From a virus (taxonomy: Duplodnaviria > Heunggongvirae > Uroviricota > Caudoviricetes), in IMG/VR virus record IMGVR_UViG_3300028585_000514: DNA of 64,000 nt. The stretch is one strand, 5' to 3'. This document shows positions 63,634 through 64,000 of this stretch, piece by piece. Every line of letters starts with the position of its first letter. The first letter of the stretch is position 1. The notes beneath the pieces are model-generated. The model searched no databases. It had not been told where the DNA came from and saw nothing but the letters and a program-made list of their open reading frames with translations. A program made the translations under genes and the position numbers.

Positions 63634-63999
63634 TTAGATCATTTCCATTGCGAGTTCGAAGGCCGAGTTCTTCAGGTTCTCGCTGTAACCGAACCAGGAG
63701 TTCCAGAGCTTGTTGTCGGCTTTCTGACCGATGCGGTGGTCGGCGTATTCGGTGATGGAGTTCAGCGCTCCCCACACGGTGCCGGTGACCTCAGTGGCGC
63801 CCATGCCAGTACCTTTGTACATGGCGAAGATTTCGTCGAGCTTGGCCTGGACACGCTTGTGGACTTCGTTCTGCTCTTCCAGGAGCTTCAGCTGCTCGGG
63901 GTTCAGCATGATGTCGGCGATGAACTTCTTGGCAGCAGCGTCGGACATCTTAGTCTTCGACATCGTGCGGATGTTCGTCATGAACTGGTGCCAACCGTG
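63634..63999 (-). CDS. DUF932-family protein, C-terminal part (5' end outside the window)
   Basis: GT.WGA.N..TEY.DH motif; frame open to the window edge. Confidence 0.75.
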   Translation of the reverse strand, partial: HGWHQFMTNIRTMSKTKMSDAAAKKFIADIMLNPEQLKLLEEQNEVHKRVQAKLDEIFAMYKGTGMGATEVTGTVWGALNSITEYADHRIGQKADNKLWNSWFGYSENLKNSAFELAMEMI

Positions 64000-64000
64000 A

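Noticed and set aside
1-64000. CRISPR array
   Set aside because: No run of equal-length direct repeats with unique spacers; the repeats seen are tRNAs, terminators and promoter cassettes.
1-64000. Genome-wide UGA reassignment implied by the UCA tRNA
   Set aside because: Many genes end in TGA with ATGA/TGATG coupling, recognisable enzymes are full-length under code 11, and Trp uses TGG.

Overview
This 64 kb window looks like an accessory, tRNA-rich segment of a large T4-superfamily (jumbo-like) myophage. The basis is about 20 T4-late-like NATAAATA boxes, about 9 sigma70-type early promoters with a TGTACA -35, densely packed short genes, no core host genes and no rRNA. It holds about 35 tRNA or tRNA-like genes, 24 of them in one minus-strand array (46711-50723). 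Translation and RNA-repair helpers include an RNA ligase-like protein, Tpt1/KptA, a 2H phosphoesterase, NADAR, PTH2-like, YqeY, a SpoT-like HD hydrolase and an Rmf-like peptide. Metabolic genes include gmk, coaD, coaE, a HAD nucleotidase, an NDT-like protein, a UDP-sugar dehydrogenase and a glycosyltransferase. Late virion-type genes occur as paralog pairs. A seven-gene envelope cluster encodes a PspA-like coiled-coil protein, an SBP-OmpA fusion, an ABC permease and ATPase, and a TAXI-type SBP. The most striking unexplained structures are: (1) three tandem homologous 220-295 nt putative ncRNAs, each closed by a long terminal stem (56117-56883); (2) a 50-codon leader with antiterminator and terminator in front of the tRNA array, i.e. 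a candidate ribosome-sensing attenuator (50742-51000); (3) three tandem cassettes of a micro-leader MK(V/I)Y(A/G)YKEK, a covarying hairpin that hides the RBS, and an MSRTIRR protein (4328-5481); (4) several non-canonical tRNAs (rearranged Arg-UCU-like RNA, UCA anticodon, class II Gln with G3.U70). All product calls come from motifs recognised by eye; no database search or folding program was run.
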